A stretch of DNA of 64,000 nt, from assembly GCF_006345805.1 (NCBI RefSeq), contig NC_043001.1, positions 41,974,001 through 42,038,000 on the forward strand, read 5' to 3'. Origin of the DNA: Octopus sinensis. Its lineage: Eukaryota. Shown here piece by piece: positions 14,992 to 27,246 of this stretch. Under the pieces are notes generated by a model. It worked only from the letters and a program-made list of their open reading frames with translations. It was not told the DNA's origin and searched no databases. Both the position numbers and the translations under genes were made by a program. Each line of letters starts with the position of its first letter. The stretch's first letter is position 1.

Positions 14992-15185
14992 TATATATGT
15001 CCTTCCATCGCTGCTTGACAACTGGTGTTGGTGTGCTTATGTCTCTGTAACTTAGTGGTTTGGCAAAAGAGTTTGATAGAATAAGTAGTACAAGGTTTAA
15101 GAAATAGTCCTGGGGTAGATTGGTTCAACTAAATCCCTTCAAGGCAGTGTTCTATCATGGCCACAGTCAAATGACTAAAAGAATA
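14767..15185 (+). mobile_element. tRNA-derived SINE, full length, CR1-type tail
   Basis: Same head and body as the 8344 copy, internal (TG)n(TA)n tract, tail cttcaaggcagtg...catggccacagtcaaatgactaaaag. Confidence 0.85.
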
Positions 15186-15206
15186 TGTAAACAAATCTGG
15201 TCATGT

Positions 15207-15610
15207 ATACCATCATTGTTTTAACATCCACAGTTCTATGCTTGCATGGCTCAAATGGAATTTGTTGAAGCAGATTTTCTATGGCTGGATGGCCTTCCTG
15301 TTGTTAAACCTCACCTGTCTGCAAGCAAGGCAATATTCCTCCATAGCTGACATGTTTTCATGGAAGACTGGAAACAAAAGACACTGCTTGTATGACAATG
15401 ACATTCACTTACAACTATTATGTGGTGTCAAGGTGAGGAGATATATACAGGTGACCGACTTCTTTCAGCTTCTGTCTACCACATCCACACACAAGCCGTT
15501 GTTTAGCCTGGAATTATAGTAGGTGACATGCATCCAAGTTGCCAAGCAGTAGGGCTGAACTCAAAAGCATGTTATTGGAAAGTGAACTCCTTAAACACAT
15601 AGCTATACCT
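15207..15610 (-). mobile_element. tRNA-derived SINE with the same head but an RTE-type tail
   Basis: Minus strand: caggtatagctatgtgtttaaggagttcac...gagttcagcc...ggtagacagaagctgaaagaag...caggaaggccatccagccatagaaa...gcatagaactgtggatgttaaaacaatgatg. Confidence 0.7.
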
Positions 15611-15706
15611 GTGTCTATACACACATATATTTGAAAAATATAAAAAAATAAAATGTATTTTGCTCATTATTTACATTTGACGGATATTTGTCCTCATCTT
15701 TGTTGT

Positions 15707-15753
15707 TAACACAATGTTTCAATTGATATACCCTCCAGCCTTCATCAGGTGTC
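15707..15753 (-). ncRNA. Second copy of the same hammerhead motif (stem II damaged)
   Basis: Minus strand GACAC CTGATGA A GGCTG gagggtatat CAATT GAAAC ATT GTGTT; GACAC/GTGTT can form stem I. Confidence 0.6.
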
Positions 15754-16488
15754 TTGTGGAAATTTTGAACCTGGGTTCGCATTCCTAAGGTATTTTTCGA
15801 TGTTATTATTATTATTATTATTATTCAGGTCACTGCTTGGAATCAAACTCGGAATCTTGGGGTCAGTAGCTCAAGCTTTTAACCACTGTGGACAGTTTAT
15901 CAGTTTCATCCTTTCTTTTCTTCATAACTGGAGTGGAGAGTATGCTTTTGGGGTAGTTGTTGCTTAATAGATTGTTATTGAGCTGGATCATTACTTTGTG
16001 GTGGGTATCACGATTGCTACTTATATTCATTGCTCGATGTTTTAGGCACTGAGCAATCCCTCTCTTTACACTGTATGGATGGTGGGAGTTGAAGTTGAGG
16101 TATTGTCCAGTGAAGGCCAGCTTGTGGTATACAGATGTCCTGAATCCATACTTGTTGCACATTATTAATACGTCCAGGAATGCTAGCTGATTGTCTTTTC
16201 CCATTGTCAACTGTATTAATAACATGCCACCGCCGACAACAACAACATCATCATCATCATTGTTCGACCGTGGTCGAGACAATGGAATTTACCATGCTAC
16301 ACCAGACTTTACGGTCCATCATAGCATTACAGAGGTCCTATTGCTGGATGCCTGTATCCCTGGAGATTACATCAGGGTAGGAGAGTGTGCGCCCTCTGGT
16401 GTTGCGAGTAGATAACAACAACAACAACATCATCATCATCATCAAAAAGTACCTTAGGAATGAGAACCCAGGTTCGTAATTTCCCCAA

Positions 16489-16534
16489 GACACCTGATGA
16501 AGGCTGGAGGGTATATCAGCCGAAACATGTTAAC
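16489..16534 (+). ncRNA. Minimal type-I hammerhead ribozyme motif (cleavage-site region damaged)
   Basis: GACAC CTGATGA A GGCTG gagggtatat CAGCC GAAAC atgtt: intact core and a 5-bp stem II. Confidence 0.7.
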
Positions 16535-16844
16535 AAAGAAGATGAGGACAAATATCCGTCAAATGTAAATAATGTAAATAATGTACATAATCCCTCATCT
16601 CTTAAATATAGAACTGTATGTATTTTACTATTATGCAAACAGCACACAATCTTCTCTTAACTTTGAGAAATCTCTGTTGCTATCAGAGATCATAGCTCAA
16701 ATTTTCTCCATTCTTACTCTAGCTACTATGCTTTCGAAACAACATCTACTACTGCTAATTAGGTCACCTACACAATAGAGATTGACACCTACTTTTAGGG
16801 AGCCTGCCAACCATTTAAAAAATTTCCACATTTACTCTTACATA

Positions 16845-17740
16845 CAAGGTGATATCAAAAGGTTCCAGGGTAGTTATCTTTAATAAAAAATAATATTTAT
16901 CAAAGTTTTAACACCATCATCTTTGAAATTGTCACCTTGTGCAGCAATACACCAGTCCCAGCATTCCTGGCACTTTTGGAATCTGACCTGGATATCATTT
17001 TCTATAAGCAAGTCAAGGATCTTTTGTGATTCATTCTGGATCTCAACAATGGTGTTAAAATGGTGACCTTTGAGCTGCATTTTCATCTTGAGGAAGAGAT
17101 GGAAGTCCATAAGTGCTAAACATAGCTGGGTGGAGAAGCAATACCATGTTGTTTTTGGTGAGAAACTCACAAGTGAGGAGAGCTCGGCGATAGGGTGCAT
17201 TGTCATTATGGAGAATCCAATTCTTTGCACTCCACAGATCTGGTTGCTTTCACTGAATGCCCTCCCTCAAACACTTCAAAGCATCGCAGAAGAACTCTTG
17301 ATTGGTGGTCTGGCCCTGGAGGATGAATTATCAATGCACAACACCACATTTCCGGGGGTGACACTTGTGGAAGGTCTTCCAGATTGATCATCGTCAAGGG
17401 ATGTTCTTCCACTTTTGAAGCATCCATGCCACTCAAAACATAGCACACGATCCATTGCCTCATCACCATAAGCTTGCTGAAGCATGTTCAATGTCTCTGT
17501 AGCAGATTTCCCAACTTTAACACAAAATTTCATGTTGGTTCCTGTCCATGACAAAATCACAGACTACAGCATAACATGATCACAAAAACACAAATTTCAC
17601 AACTTGCAAAGAAAACACAATGTCACTTGGCACACTACCTCATGGAGATCACTGCTAGCTCTCACTGTGCACACAACTATGTGCTCCCATCTGTTGACAG
17701 CATACAGAGCTAGTCCAGGAATTTCTTGATACCACCTCAA
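16845..17740 (-). mobile_element. Mariner transposon, internally deleted and frameshifted
   Basis: N-terminal MKFCVKVGKSATETLNMLQQAYGDEAM..FEWHGCFKSGRTSLDDDQSGRP, a (W)ILHNDNAP-like motif, C-terminal WDWCIAAQGDNF, and ~30-bp imperfect TIRs (aggtgatatcaaaaggttcc / ggaatttcttgataccacct). Confidence 0.85.
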
Positions 17741-19105
17741 ACATGTCTTCCGCCTTTATCAGTAAACCTGTGTTCTAACTGCACCTCTTGCGCATCCATA
17801 GTTTTACATTGGGTACATCATAAAGAATTTCTACCGATTCTATTTCAGAATATCAAGATGGCCATTCCTTAATATAACAGGAGAGTGCTGGTTTTGCCTA
17901 GTTCATTATAACATTTTCATTTCCTACATTTACTTTGAGGGTCTGAATTCTCAATTTTGCTTTCACCTTTAAAATTTCTTCTCTACATCTTTGACAGATT
18001 TGGCTTAGAAAACCAACTTCTGATCTGTGGCTGGATAGTTTCTAATGCTGGTGTTGCAAATAGTTAAATGATTTGCATCACAAAACTCCAACAGACTTGA
18101 TCTCATATAATTCCTTGTGCCATGCTCATAGTTTTCACATGAGTATATACAGGAGTAGTCATTGTGGTGTTGCTCGACAAGTCCATTAAAGTAGTGATAA
18201 ATATTAACTTCACACTAAGCATTATTGAAATTTTTATTATCCCACACATCCTCTTTATTAATAAGAATATGCATCCGCAATGTTTTTCTTTCTACACAAT
18301 ACCACAAGGCATGTTTGAAACCCTCACAACCCTCCCCTATAAGAAACACTGCATTAAAGTCACAAACTATGATAATGAGGATATTCTCATTTGTTGTTAG
18401 TGCTGTCTGTCAATGCACATTATAGAAATGATTGTTTTACTCCTCTTTCAGTCCTGATTCAGTGATCACCATTTCAGTTGTGGTGTCCATGACTAGTCTA
18501 AGCTTAATAACAAAAAAACAAACAAAAATATTTACAACTACAAATCAAAAGAGGAAGAAAATTCATTGAAAATTTACTACATGAAAATAAGTGTCCAACC
18601 TTATCAAATGATAAAATTTCAATAGTTTGAATTTTAAGAGAAAGAAAAAAAATTTTCATTTCTGAGAGAAGTTTTGTAAACTATTCTCAGTGATTATAAT
18701 TAGTACAGAGAAATTGCTTATATAGGTTTAAGTATTAACATAGCTACTTTCCATCAGAGTCTAAACCCATCAAAATCAGTGATACTAAAGTAATACCAAC
18801 ACTAGCTATGTATTTTCAATAATTTCAACTTGAATTGCATCTTACCAATGGCTGTAAAATCATGCAACCATTTTAATTCTCTTATAGCTATGCCATAGCT
18901 GCTGACAATGCCAAATGTTAGAAATACCAACATTGTGAATGATATGTTTAGAGTGAAATACAATAAGTTTAATCTTAATTTATAGAATTTAGTATCAGCT
19001 TATGAAAATTCTATTGTATTGTTCATTTGTTCGAATAAGTACATACATTAGATAATTAGCAGCTACTAATCATACACATATCCCTATCGCAACTTCACAC
19101 ACACA

Positions 19106-19485
19106 CAATCTCTCATCTGAAACTCTTAGGATCAGGCAACTTTCGAAATTTGACAATGGGCATTCAGTATATTCATAGGGTGTATTCTTGGTTATAAGAT
19201 GTGGTTCTCGCGAATTCAGATTTATATGTTTCTATTATACATTGAACTCAAGTTCTGAACCAATAGTAATCTCATTGCAGTGTATTCATAGGTCTAGCCT
19301 AGGAGGGCATGTGGATGTTTTTACAAACTTAGGGTAGAAGCATATCTAACCAAGATGTAGAGACACAACTGTCATAGGTTGAGCATAGTTTGCATCCAAT
19401 CATGTTTGGCACCAAACATGAGTTTTATTGTGATGACTTCTGTGAGAAGACTTTTGGAGCTTTCAGAATTTCAGATTAGAAATTG
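19106..19485. mobile_element. Tigger/pogo-like MITE, degraded
   Basis: Imperfect TIRs caatctctcatctgaaactc / gaatttcagattagaaattg; the ends resemble Tigger-type ttttggagc.tttcggatt motifs. Confidence 0.5.
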
Positions 19486-20297
19486 CATGTGTGTGTGCGC
19501 ACACACACACACAAAATAAGATATTTCTATTTGTAGTTTTCTAAACATTTCTCAGTGTCATTTTTATGAAATTCAATAATTTGGGATACTCTAAAGAAAT
19601 CACTCAATTTTACCTAAATTTTCTTTGTCTCATTATTCCTTTATTAATTCCACTATATTTACTTATTAAGAGTACTTTACTCTCTTCACTACCTTAGTTG
19701 ACAGCTAACCATCTTTCATTATGTCAGAACTAGCCTAAGTATCCCACCTCCCAATATACAAATAACACTGCTTAAATATAATGCACAGCCTGCTTAACAA
19801 CAGGCTGCATATTCTCCATTAATTTTAAAAGCCCCATGACAGAGGAAATAACAATACCTTAACACATTTTCATGAGATATTTATAAAAGCTATCCCCCAG
19901 TCTCTCTCTCTCCCTCCCTCTCTACTTACAATCTTGTGACAAAACAAAACAACAGCCACTATTAAATCAGAAAATAAAACAATTATTCTTCAAATTCCAT
20001 AGTGTGGAAAATCTAAAAATACAATACACGTCAATTATATCTGTCCTCTTTATATAAATCATAGATTTCAATTCATTTGAATCTATTCAGAAAATATATG
20101 TAAGTTATGAAATAACATTGTGTGCATGCTTGTGTGTATATTATATATAAACGTTTTTTTTTTAATAATAAAAACAGTTTTACATTCAACTGCAGGATTA
20201 CTCAATTTTTTAGCAAGAATAGTATTAACAGTCGCTTCAAAGTTTCAGCCAGGTAAGACATCATCAGATGACAGTCCAATGATAAATGTATATTATA

Positions 20298-20493
20298 CAA
20301 GGAGGTGCTGAAAAGTTCCTGGTTTTGAAGGTATTGTGAAAGGCCTACTTGGAAGCTCAACCTTCCAAGTTCTTTTATAGGACTTAGAAAAACTGAAGGA
20401 CCACTTTAACAAGTGTGTGAATCAGAGGGGAATATGTTGAATAAAATCATAATTGATTCTCCTGTATTTTCTTTTACCCAAAACCAGGAACTT
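20298..20493 (+). mobile_element. Mariner-derived MITE
   Basis: TA|caaggaggtgctgaaaagttcctggttttg ... caaaaccaggaactt inverted ends, with an internal remnant of the transposase C-terminus (KCVN..GEYVE*). Confidence 0.7.
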
Positions 20494-21004
20494 ATAAAAA
20501 ACTGATAAGAAAAATTTCAAAAACAGCACTTCTTATAAACTAATATAACAAATAAAGAACAGTGGATACAAACTTTCAATAAAGCATTGATGTAGCGTAC
20601 GGATAATATTGCCCTTACAATCTAAGATTATCGAACTACTAAATACATAGAAAAAGAAATGATACAGAAACATCGTAATAATATATGTCTAGAGAGAATG
20701 ATTATAAGTTAGATGTTACATCTTCAAATAATCATATCAATTTCAAGAATTAGATTGAGTTGGGATTATCCCGTTGTATTTCTGGAAAGGTAATCAATTT
20801 TGTAAAGAATAAATAATTTTATTATCACCATAGTGCCTAGTGAGGTGAGATGAAAATTGTGAGGCAAAATTAAAACTTGCCACCAAATTATTAATCCAAC
20901 AGCTATAAATACAACATAAAAAGAACAATACTGAATAAATTTTACTCCATTTATTTTAAAATAATATTTAACTAAAACTATGTTAGAAATCCCAACCATT
21001 CCCA

Positions 21005-21235
21005 GTCAAGGAGTTTTGTCTTGCAAGTTGCTTGGTGACACTATCAGTGCTGATGCCAAATAAAAAGCACCCAGTACTCTCTGTAAGGTAGTTGGCATTA
21101 AGAAGGGCATCCAGCTATAGAAACCATGGAAAAACAGACAATGGAGCCTGCTGTGGCTCCAGGCCTTACCAGCTCCTGTCATACTGACCAACCCATATCA
21201 GTATAAAAAAAGGAACATTAAATGATGATGATGAA
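21005..21235 (+). mobile_element. Short repeat carrying the RTE 3' tail
   Basis: aaaagcaccc..gttggcattaagaagggcatccagctatagaaac..ccaacccat..ttaaatgatgatgatg. Confidence 0.7.
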
Positions 21236-21320
21236 ATTGAAAGAAAAGAATAATCACTTCTTTTCTGTCTTAAAGTAATGTTAATGATGTTTAATGCCAT
21301 TTTATCTACATAATTTTTAG

Positions 21321-21535
21321 TTAGCCCTTTTGTTACCATATTTCTGTTGAAATACACTGACTTTATTTCAATTAATTTCAAAAATAATAAAGAAAATAGC
21401 CAAATAACTTTGTCATTATTAAGCTAATATTTGGAATATAGATTAACAAAATTTTCATAGCACGATTTATTTTATATCAGTTTAAAACACATAAGAGGCA
21501 GTCTCAGGTGGGTTGATATCAAAAGAATTACATGA
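21321..21535. mobile_element. Degraded piggyBac-type MITE related to 7963-8183
   Basis: Starts ttagcccttttgttacc, ends gatatcaaaagaattac, with internal similarity to the reverse complement of the 7963 element. Confidence 0.4.
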
Positions 21536-21543
21536 ACCATAGT

Positions 21544-21546
<3 letters not shown>

Positions 21547-21584
<38 letters not shown>
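21547..21584. repeat. (TA)n microsatellite
   Basis: Seen directly. Confidence 0.95.
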
Positions 21585-21593
<9 letters not shown>

Positions 21594-24016
21594 ATAATAT
21601 GAGAATGATAACTATACAGTTCTCATTGAAAATTTGATCATTAATTCCATGAGATTTCCTTGACTTTTAAAGAATTCTCCAGAACTTGTTTTAAGTTTTT
21701 TCTTCGCATAAATGTTGGCAAAGAATTTGAATATTGCATAATGTTGTTCATTTAAAACAAACACTTATTTACATCTTTGTTCTTTTTAACAATCATATCA
21801 CTGATATATGATGAAACCCTTTCATGCTATGCTTCACTTAAATACCAGTGTTGTAACTGACTGTGTATGTCAAAATTAAGGTTAGTAGAAACATTGAATG
21901 TCATCATTATCACTGGAACAAATAGAACAGTAAACAAATTGTTGCAAAATAATTAATTGGAGTAGAAAGTTACAATAGTATTAAAGCAAAAATTGTTGTA
22001 GAAGAAAAGCTAACAAAAAGAATTGTAAGTAAATGGGCATGGAATGTCAAATTTGACTATTTTCATTCATTTGACATTATGAGAGGGTGTTTTCAATTTA
22101 GAAGTGCATTTGATGATAAATGTTTATAGGCTATGGAGGTTAGAACATGCTTATATAACCAACATAATAAGCAAAAGGTAAAATTTAATGAAAATAACCT
22201 TTAAGATTTTTAAAACAATAAACAGGTATATATGGTGTTTCTTATGTGTGTGCAAAAAATTCTGCCAAATAGAGAGCGTGGCTATAAAACTGGAAGCTTT
22301 ATGAAACCAAAATACAAATACAGATGCAACCACTTCTTTTAATTATAAGTATTTCCTACAAGAATGAACTCAGAAGATGTTTGGAGTGAGAGAGGGAAGC
22401 TGAAAGGATGCCAGCACTAATATTGAAGAAGTCCATCCCAAATGATGAATTTTATTAATGATGTAGAGAAGGTAGACTAATTTAAATTTGGAATTAAGTG
22501 TACTGCTAGTAACTTCAAAATTACTATAACGTGTACACTGTCAAATCTTCTAAACTACTACAATATATACATTGTCAATAACTATCATCACAACTACTGT
22601 ATAATGTGCCCTTAAACAAATCAAATTCATATTATTTTACTGATTTAAACTGAAAGAAAAAAACCAACTTCTATGCCATAGCTGTTTATGAACAGAAGAG
22701 TCATTTAGGTAACGTCTACTCTAACAATTAGAGGGAACTACCTCTGCTTAAAAAGATATAAAAATATTACAAATATCAAAACAATAATGGTACAAAAGAA
22801 AAATTACAAATTAGAAAATGGCTATCAAAGACCTAAGAAATGTGCATTTATATACATAAAAGTAACCTAGCCATTAATCTAAAAATACAGTCTCTCACTG
22901 AAAACTATACTTCTTTTTGGGGCAGGTAGTCACATTATTTTCATACATATTTTTGCATAAGTCTATGATTTTTTAAGGCTTTAATATTTTTGGGGAAACT
23001 TTTTATGCCATGCACACAAATGAAAGCATTGCTAGCAGAGGACAAATAACTAATGTCTGTTGTTTGGTCCCGTCACTGTCTTTAACAGAGAACCTAGTTT
23101 TAAGTAAAATAAACAGGTTTCAAACCTTCCCCAAAAATGTGTTTTCCAGTTGATACATAGCTTCAGCTTCTTGGTGTGAAGTAAATAATCCCCTCTGTAA
23201 ATATCAGTCTATCTTGGGCAATATTGCCAGAGCATCTGGTGTCTATTTCTGATAGGTAGGAGAGATGAGACATATAGAAATTAGTGTATTGCCTAAATGC
23301 ACAAGAAAACAATCTCAGGTTTTTTTTGGCTAGTAGTCCAATAGCAATCTACTCAACCGTTTATTTTTTTCAAAACTAGCTCTTTAAGTAAGTTGGGTAA
23401 TGTAATTCACTATTGTAAGCAGTGGTTATACAAACTTTCAAATAATTCATAACTTTTCTTTGGTAAGAAAAGATGATCTTTATAGACTGGAATTCTGTTT
23501 TAAGAACACAGAAACTAGAGATGTGCAAAGGACAGACCATGTTAACATGAGAATAAGATAAAAAAAAAGTAAGACTAGCCGTAACTGTTATACAACCTTG
23601 CTACCAGATTTCTATTTTGCTTCTAAGCTTAAAGTACATTGCAGTGTTTGCTTCAGTCAATCAAAATCTAAATACCATTAAGTGAATATCTTTCAAATAC
23701 ATACAGCAGCAAAATACTCTTTCTTTGAAAAAAAAAAACCTGCAACATTATAATTTATATTTTATATCACACCATGAATGCTCTATCTACTTAGTGATAG
23801 TTACTGAAATTAGAGTCTATTGAGATCTCTTAAGATTTATATAAAATTTGAAGAAAGCTGCACACAATGCCTATAGATATGTATATACCCCAAAAGAGTG
23901 TGTAAAAATTAGAAATAGTTTAATATCTACAGATAGTAAATAATAAAAATGTAGATTAAGGTTTTTTAATTGATGTTTTTATGGAAAATAGAATTTTTGT
24001 GGGATATAGTATGAAT

Positions 24017-24680
24017 AAGCACAGTTATGGTTGTATGGTTAAGAAATTCACTTCCTAAACCACTTGGTTTCGGGTTCAGTTCCACTGTGTTGTATCTAGG
24101 GCAAGTGTCTTCTACTATAGCCCCATGTCAAAGTTTTCTGAGTGGATTTGGTAAATGGAAACTGAAAGAAGCCCATTGTGTATGTAAGCATGTCCTTGTT
24201 TTGACATTACCTGATAATTGTAAACAAGCATCACCATCACACTAAAAGTGTTCATTTCCTATCAACTGCATAAAATGTGTACAACTAAGGGGAAGTAGTA
24301 CTTGGAAACAGGTGAGGGATGGCATTTTTTTTCCTGCATAGGTACAGGCACGGCTGCCTGGTATGAAGTTTGCTTCCCAATCATATGGTTCTGGTCCTAC
24401 TGCATGGCACCTTGGGCATGTGTCTTCTATAGGCCAAAGCCAACCAAACCCTTGTGAGTGGATTTAGCAGCAGAAATTAGGGGGGGGGGAGCTATGTATG
24501 TGTACGTCACCATCACCATCACTTTACAATTCATGTTAGCTTGTGTCCCCCATAAACTTAGTGGTTCAGCAAAAAAGTGACAGGCAGAATAGTATCAGGC
24601 TTAAAAAATCAATTCCTTTGACTAAAACCCTTCAAGGCAGTACCTTAGCTTGGCTGTAGTCTAATGACTGAAACAAGATA
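24017..24680 (+). mobile_element. Two tandem tRNA-derived SINEs (first with a truncated RTE-type tail, second with a CR1-type tail)
   Basis: Heads at about 24017 and 24343. The first ends cttggaaacaggtgagggatggca, the second ends cttcaaggcagtacc..gctgtagtctaatgactgaaacaag. Confidence 0.75.
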
Positions 24681-25179
24681 GATGGTATAAGATGCCCTGT
24701 ATGTGAGTTCAATTAACTAAGATAAATTCACAAAAGTTGAAGGGCTCAAAAGTAAAGGGAAGAGCTACAAAACGGGTCTTCAAATTTATGTTAAAGGCTT
24801 TTCAAAAGTGGAGAAAATGAATGTTTTAAATATTCATGTGTATAAAGTGAATTGGGATGTGCACACTTGATCTGAGGCAATTTTATCCTAAGAGTATGTT
24901 CCCATTATAAAGTATGCGGACAGCAGAATTCAGATCTCTGAAAGCAATAAAATGTTAAGTGATAAACACAGGTATGGCATATGGGGAAGTGTCGAATATA
25001 GACTTGGGCTGGTCAATAGCTTTTGACTTAAATTTGGTAGATGGAAACTGTGCAGAATCTTATTACGACAGAACGACTTAAATACAACTAACATGTTTTA
25101 AAATGTTTTTCTCGGAAATGCATATAGTGAGACTTTCGAAACCTCACAAGATTTTCTGTACCAAGTTTAAAATGCTTAC

Positions 25180-25380
25180 TTGTCACTCTCGTCGTCAGAG
25201 ATAAAGTAAACCAGTGATTAGATCATTGGAGGCTTGTAACTAACGACGCCGTTGTTCACCAATTGTGATACACTATGAGAAAGACAGAAACGGTTAGTTT
25301 GTTTTTTCCACAGTTCTCCCACTCCTAAAACTAGTTGGAATATATATTGTAATCGGTCTTCAGAATAGTCCTATATGATT
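25180..25380 (-). other. Candidate exon (alternative first, poison or UTR) ending at a strong phase-2 donor
   Basis: Donor CAA|GTAAGC at 25180/25179. A long polypyrimidine tract with a TTAAC branch-like motif and GAG acceptor lies at 25381. Stops occur in the PSD frame (TAG near the start, TAA at 25220-25218). Confidence 0.35.
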
Positions 25381-27246
25381 CTCCAAAAAAAAAAAAAAAG
25401 AAAGAAAGAAAAGAAAGCATAAGGTTAAGAGTACAAAGAATGCTTTCCTGGTTGGAAGAATTCTATTTTCCTTTTTGAACCTCTTAGGCGATTTCAGACA
25501 ATAACTCAGATTTACTGATCGTAAACAACAGGGAGGGTGTGATGGTAATGTAAATGTTTCTTCTAGAATATTCGGGTGAATACCAGCAAATAATATTAAT
25601 CGCTCGTGAATGCTCTGCAATACAGCTTAGTAAGCTAATAACAGCATGTAGGAGTAAAAAACTGAATAACAAATAATAACATAAACATCGCAATCATTCG
25701 ACGTCTGTATTAATGTTGAACAAGTAACATTACGAAAAGACTGCCAGAACCAATGCAAGTTTGAATATTCAAAAATAAAATTTCATCGACGGTAGTTAGA
25801 CCTAATAACAAAAGCGAGGGAGGGAGAGGGAAGGAAAGAGGGAGACACTAATTGTTTTAAAAACAGAAGCTGCTAAGTTACCGAAATTTTGAAGAATAAG
25901 ATGTTTGAAGATACTTTTACTTCAGTGGTAGAAAAATAAAAATCAGTTTCTATTAGAGACAAGGCTGAGTTTAGTAGAAAATGTATGAGCAATTTGACTA
26001 AACTACTGTCTATTACTGGTACTTGCATACACGTTTTATTTTGATATCGAGAAATGAAGGGTAGCCCGACCATGCTGATAATCGGACCCAGAACTTAGAG
26101 AGACGAATTAAATACTGCTAAAAATTTAATCCAGATATTCGTAATTTTTGTCAACCAAAAATAAATAACCAATAGGAGATCTAGGATTTTTATTAACGAA
26201 AATTAAATAACCAATTTCTATATATCTAGTTTCCGATTATATTAAAGAATACGAATATGAAAGACCTTAATTCGGTACGAAGCGTCAACTAAGTCACCAG
26301 TTTAGCAAATACAAAACAATGAAACTAACGTAAAAGAAAAATTACTCGTGATATTCCCGGAACAAATTTCTTATTTTAGTCGCAGTCGCATGGAAGTAAA
26401 TAAAGATTTAATAAATTATCTTTTCACAATAATTTAGCTACTGGCGACTGGGCATTCTTGTTGGTCTAATTTTTATCATATATATATTAGTATTAAAAAC
26501 GAGATAAAAACTATTCGACACATATTTTTGGAAAAAGGCATGAACACCATAATCTAATATCTCCCTTCCCGAGAAATCTTACTCTTGTATATGGTTAAAA
26601 GAAATCAATATTTGATTCTGTATCATAGCTCGGGCCTTTGTAAAAGTATGTACGCCCGATGTATTACTGTCCCACCCCCTCTACAGACATGGACTGTTTT
26701 ATCATTCTAAGAAATTATGATTACCATTATTTGTGCAGGTGATCGATTATACATACCACCACCACCCCAGTGCTAGCAAAAGAAGAAAAAAAGAGGTAGA
26801 AGCGCTTGTGCCTATCCCGCCAAAAACATTACATAAGCTTATTCGTGTATATGCAAAATTTTAGTTTTATATTTGTCTTTACTTTCACTCGTGGGAAAAG
26901 AGAACCAGTTATAGGCTGCAGTCACCAAAGCCTTCATTATTATACCGAAAATGTCCTAAGAAATTGATGTCCCAACTTATTTTCTTTAAAATTATCAGCC
27001 TTGTGCCTATGCAAGAAAGTATCAACATCATTTTTAGAAAACAGCTATGTTAAAAGGAATTAGTTTAATTGAACAAAATATTTTAATAAAAATTATAGAA
27101 GAGAGTATTTTACTACCTGTTAATGTTTTAGTGTCAGATTGTTAAAACTAAATGACACATAGTGTGGAAAATAAACAACATTAAAACTTAAAAACAAACA
27201 GAAAACCAGAAACTAAACTTCAAAGGAAAACAGACATGTTTATTAC

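Larger units (their letters stand above)
15663..16590 (-). mobile_element. Penelope-like element relic: RT C-terminal fragment between two inverted terminal (pLTR-like) repeats
   Basis: QLAFLDVLI..FRTSVYHKLAFTGQYLNFNSHHPYSVKRGIAQCL..RA..I is a PLE RT/thumb region. About 140 bp at 15663-15800 (-) is repeated at 16444-16580 (+). Confidence 0.8.
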
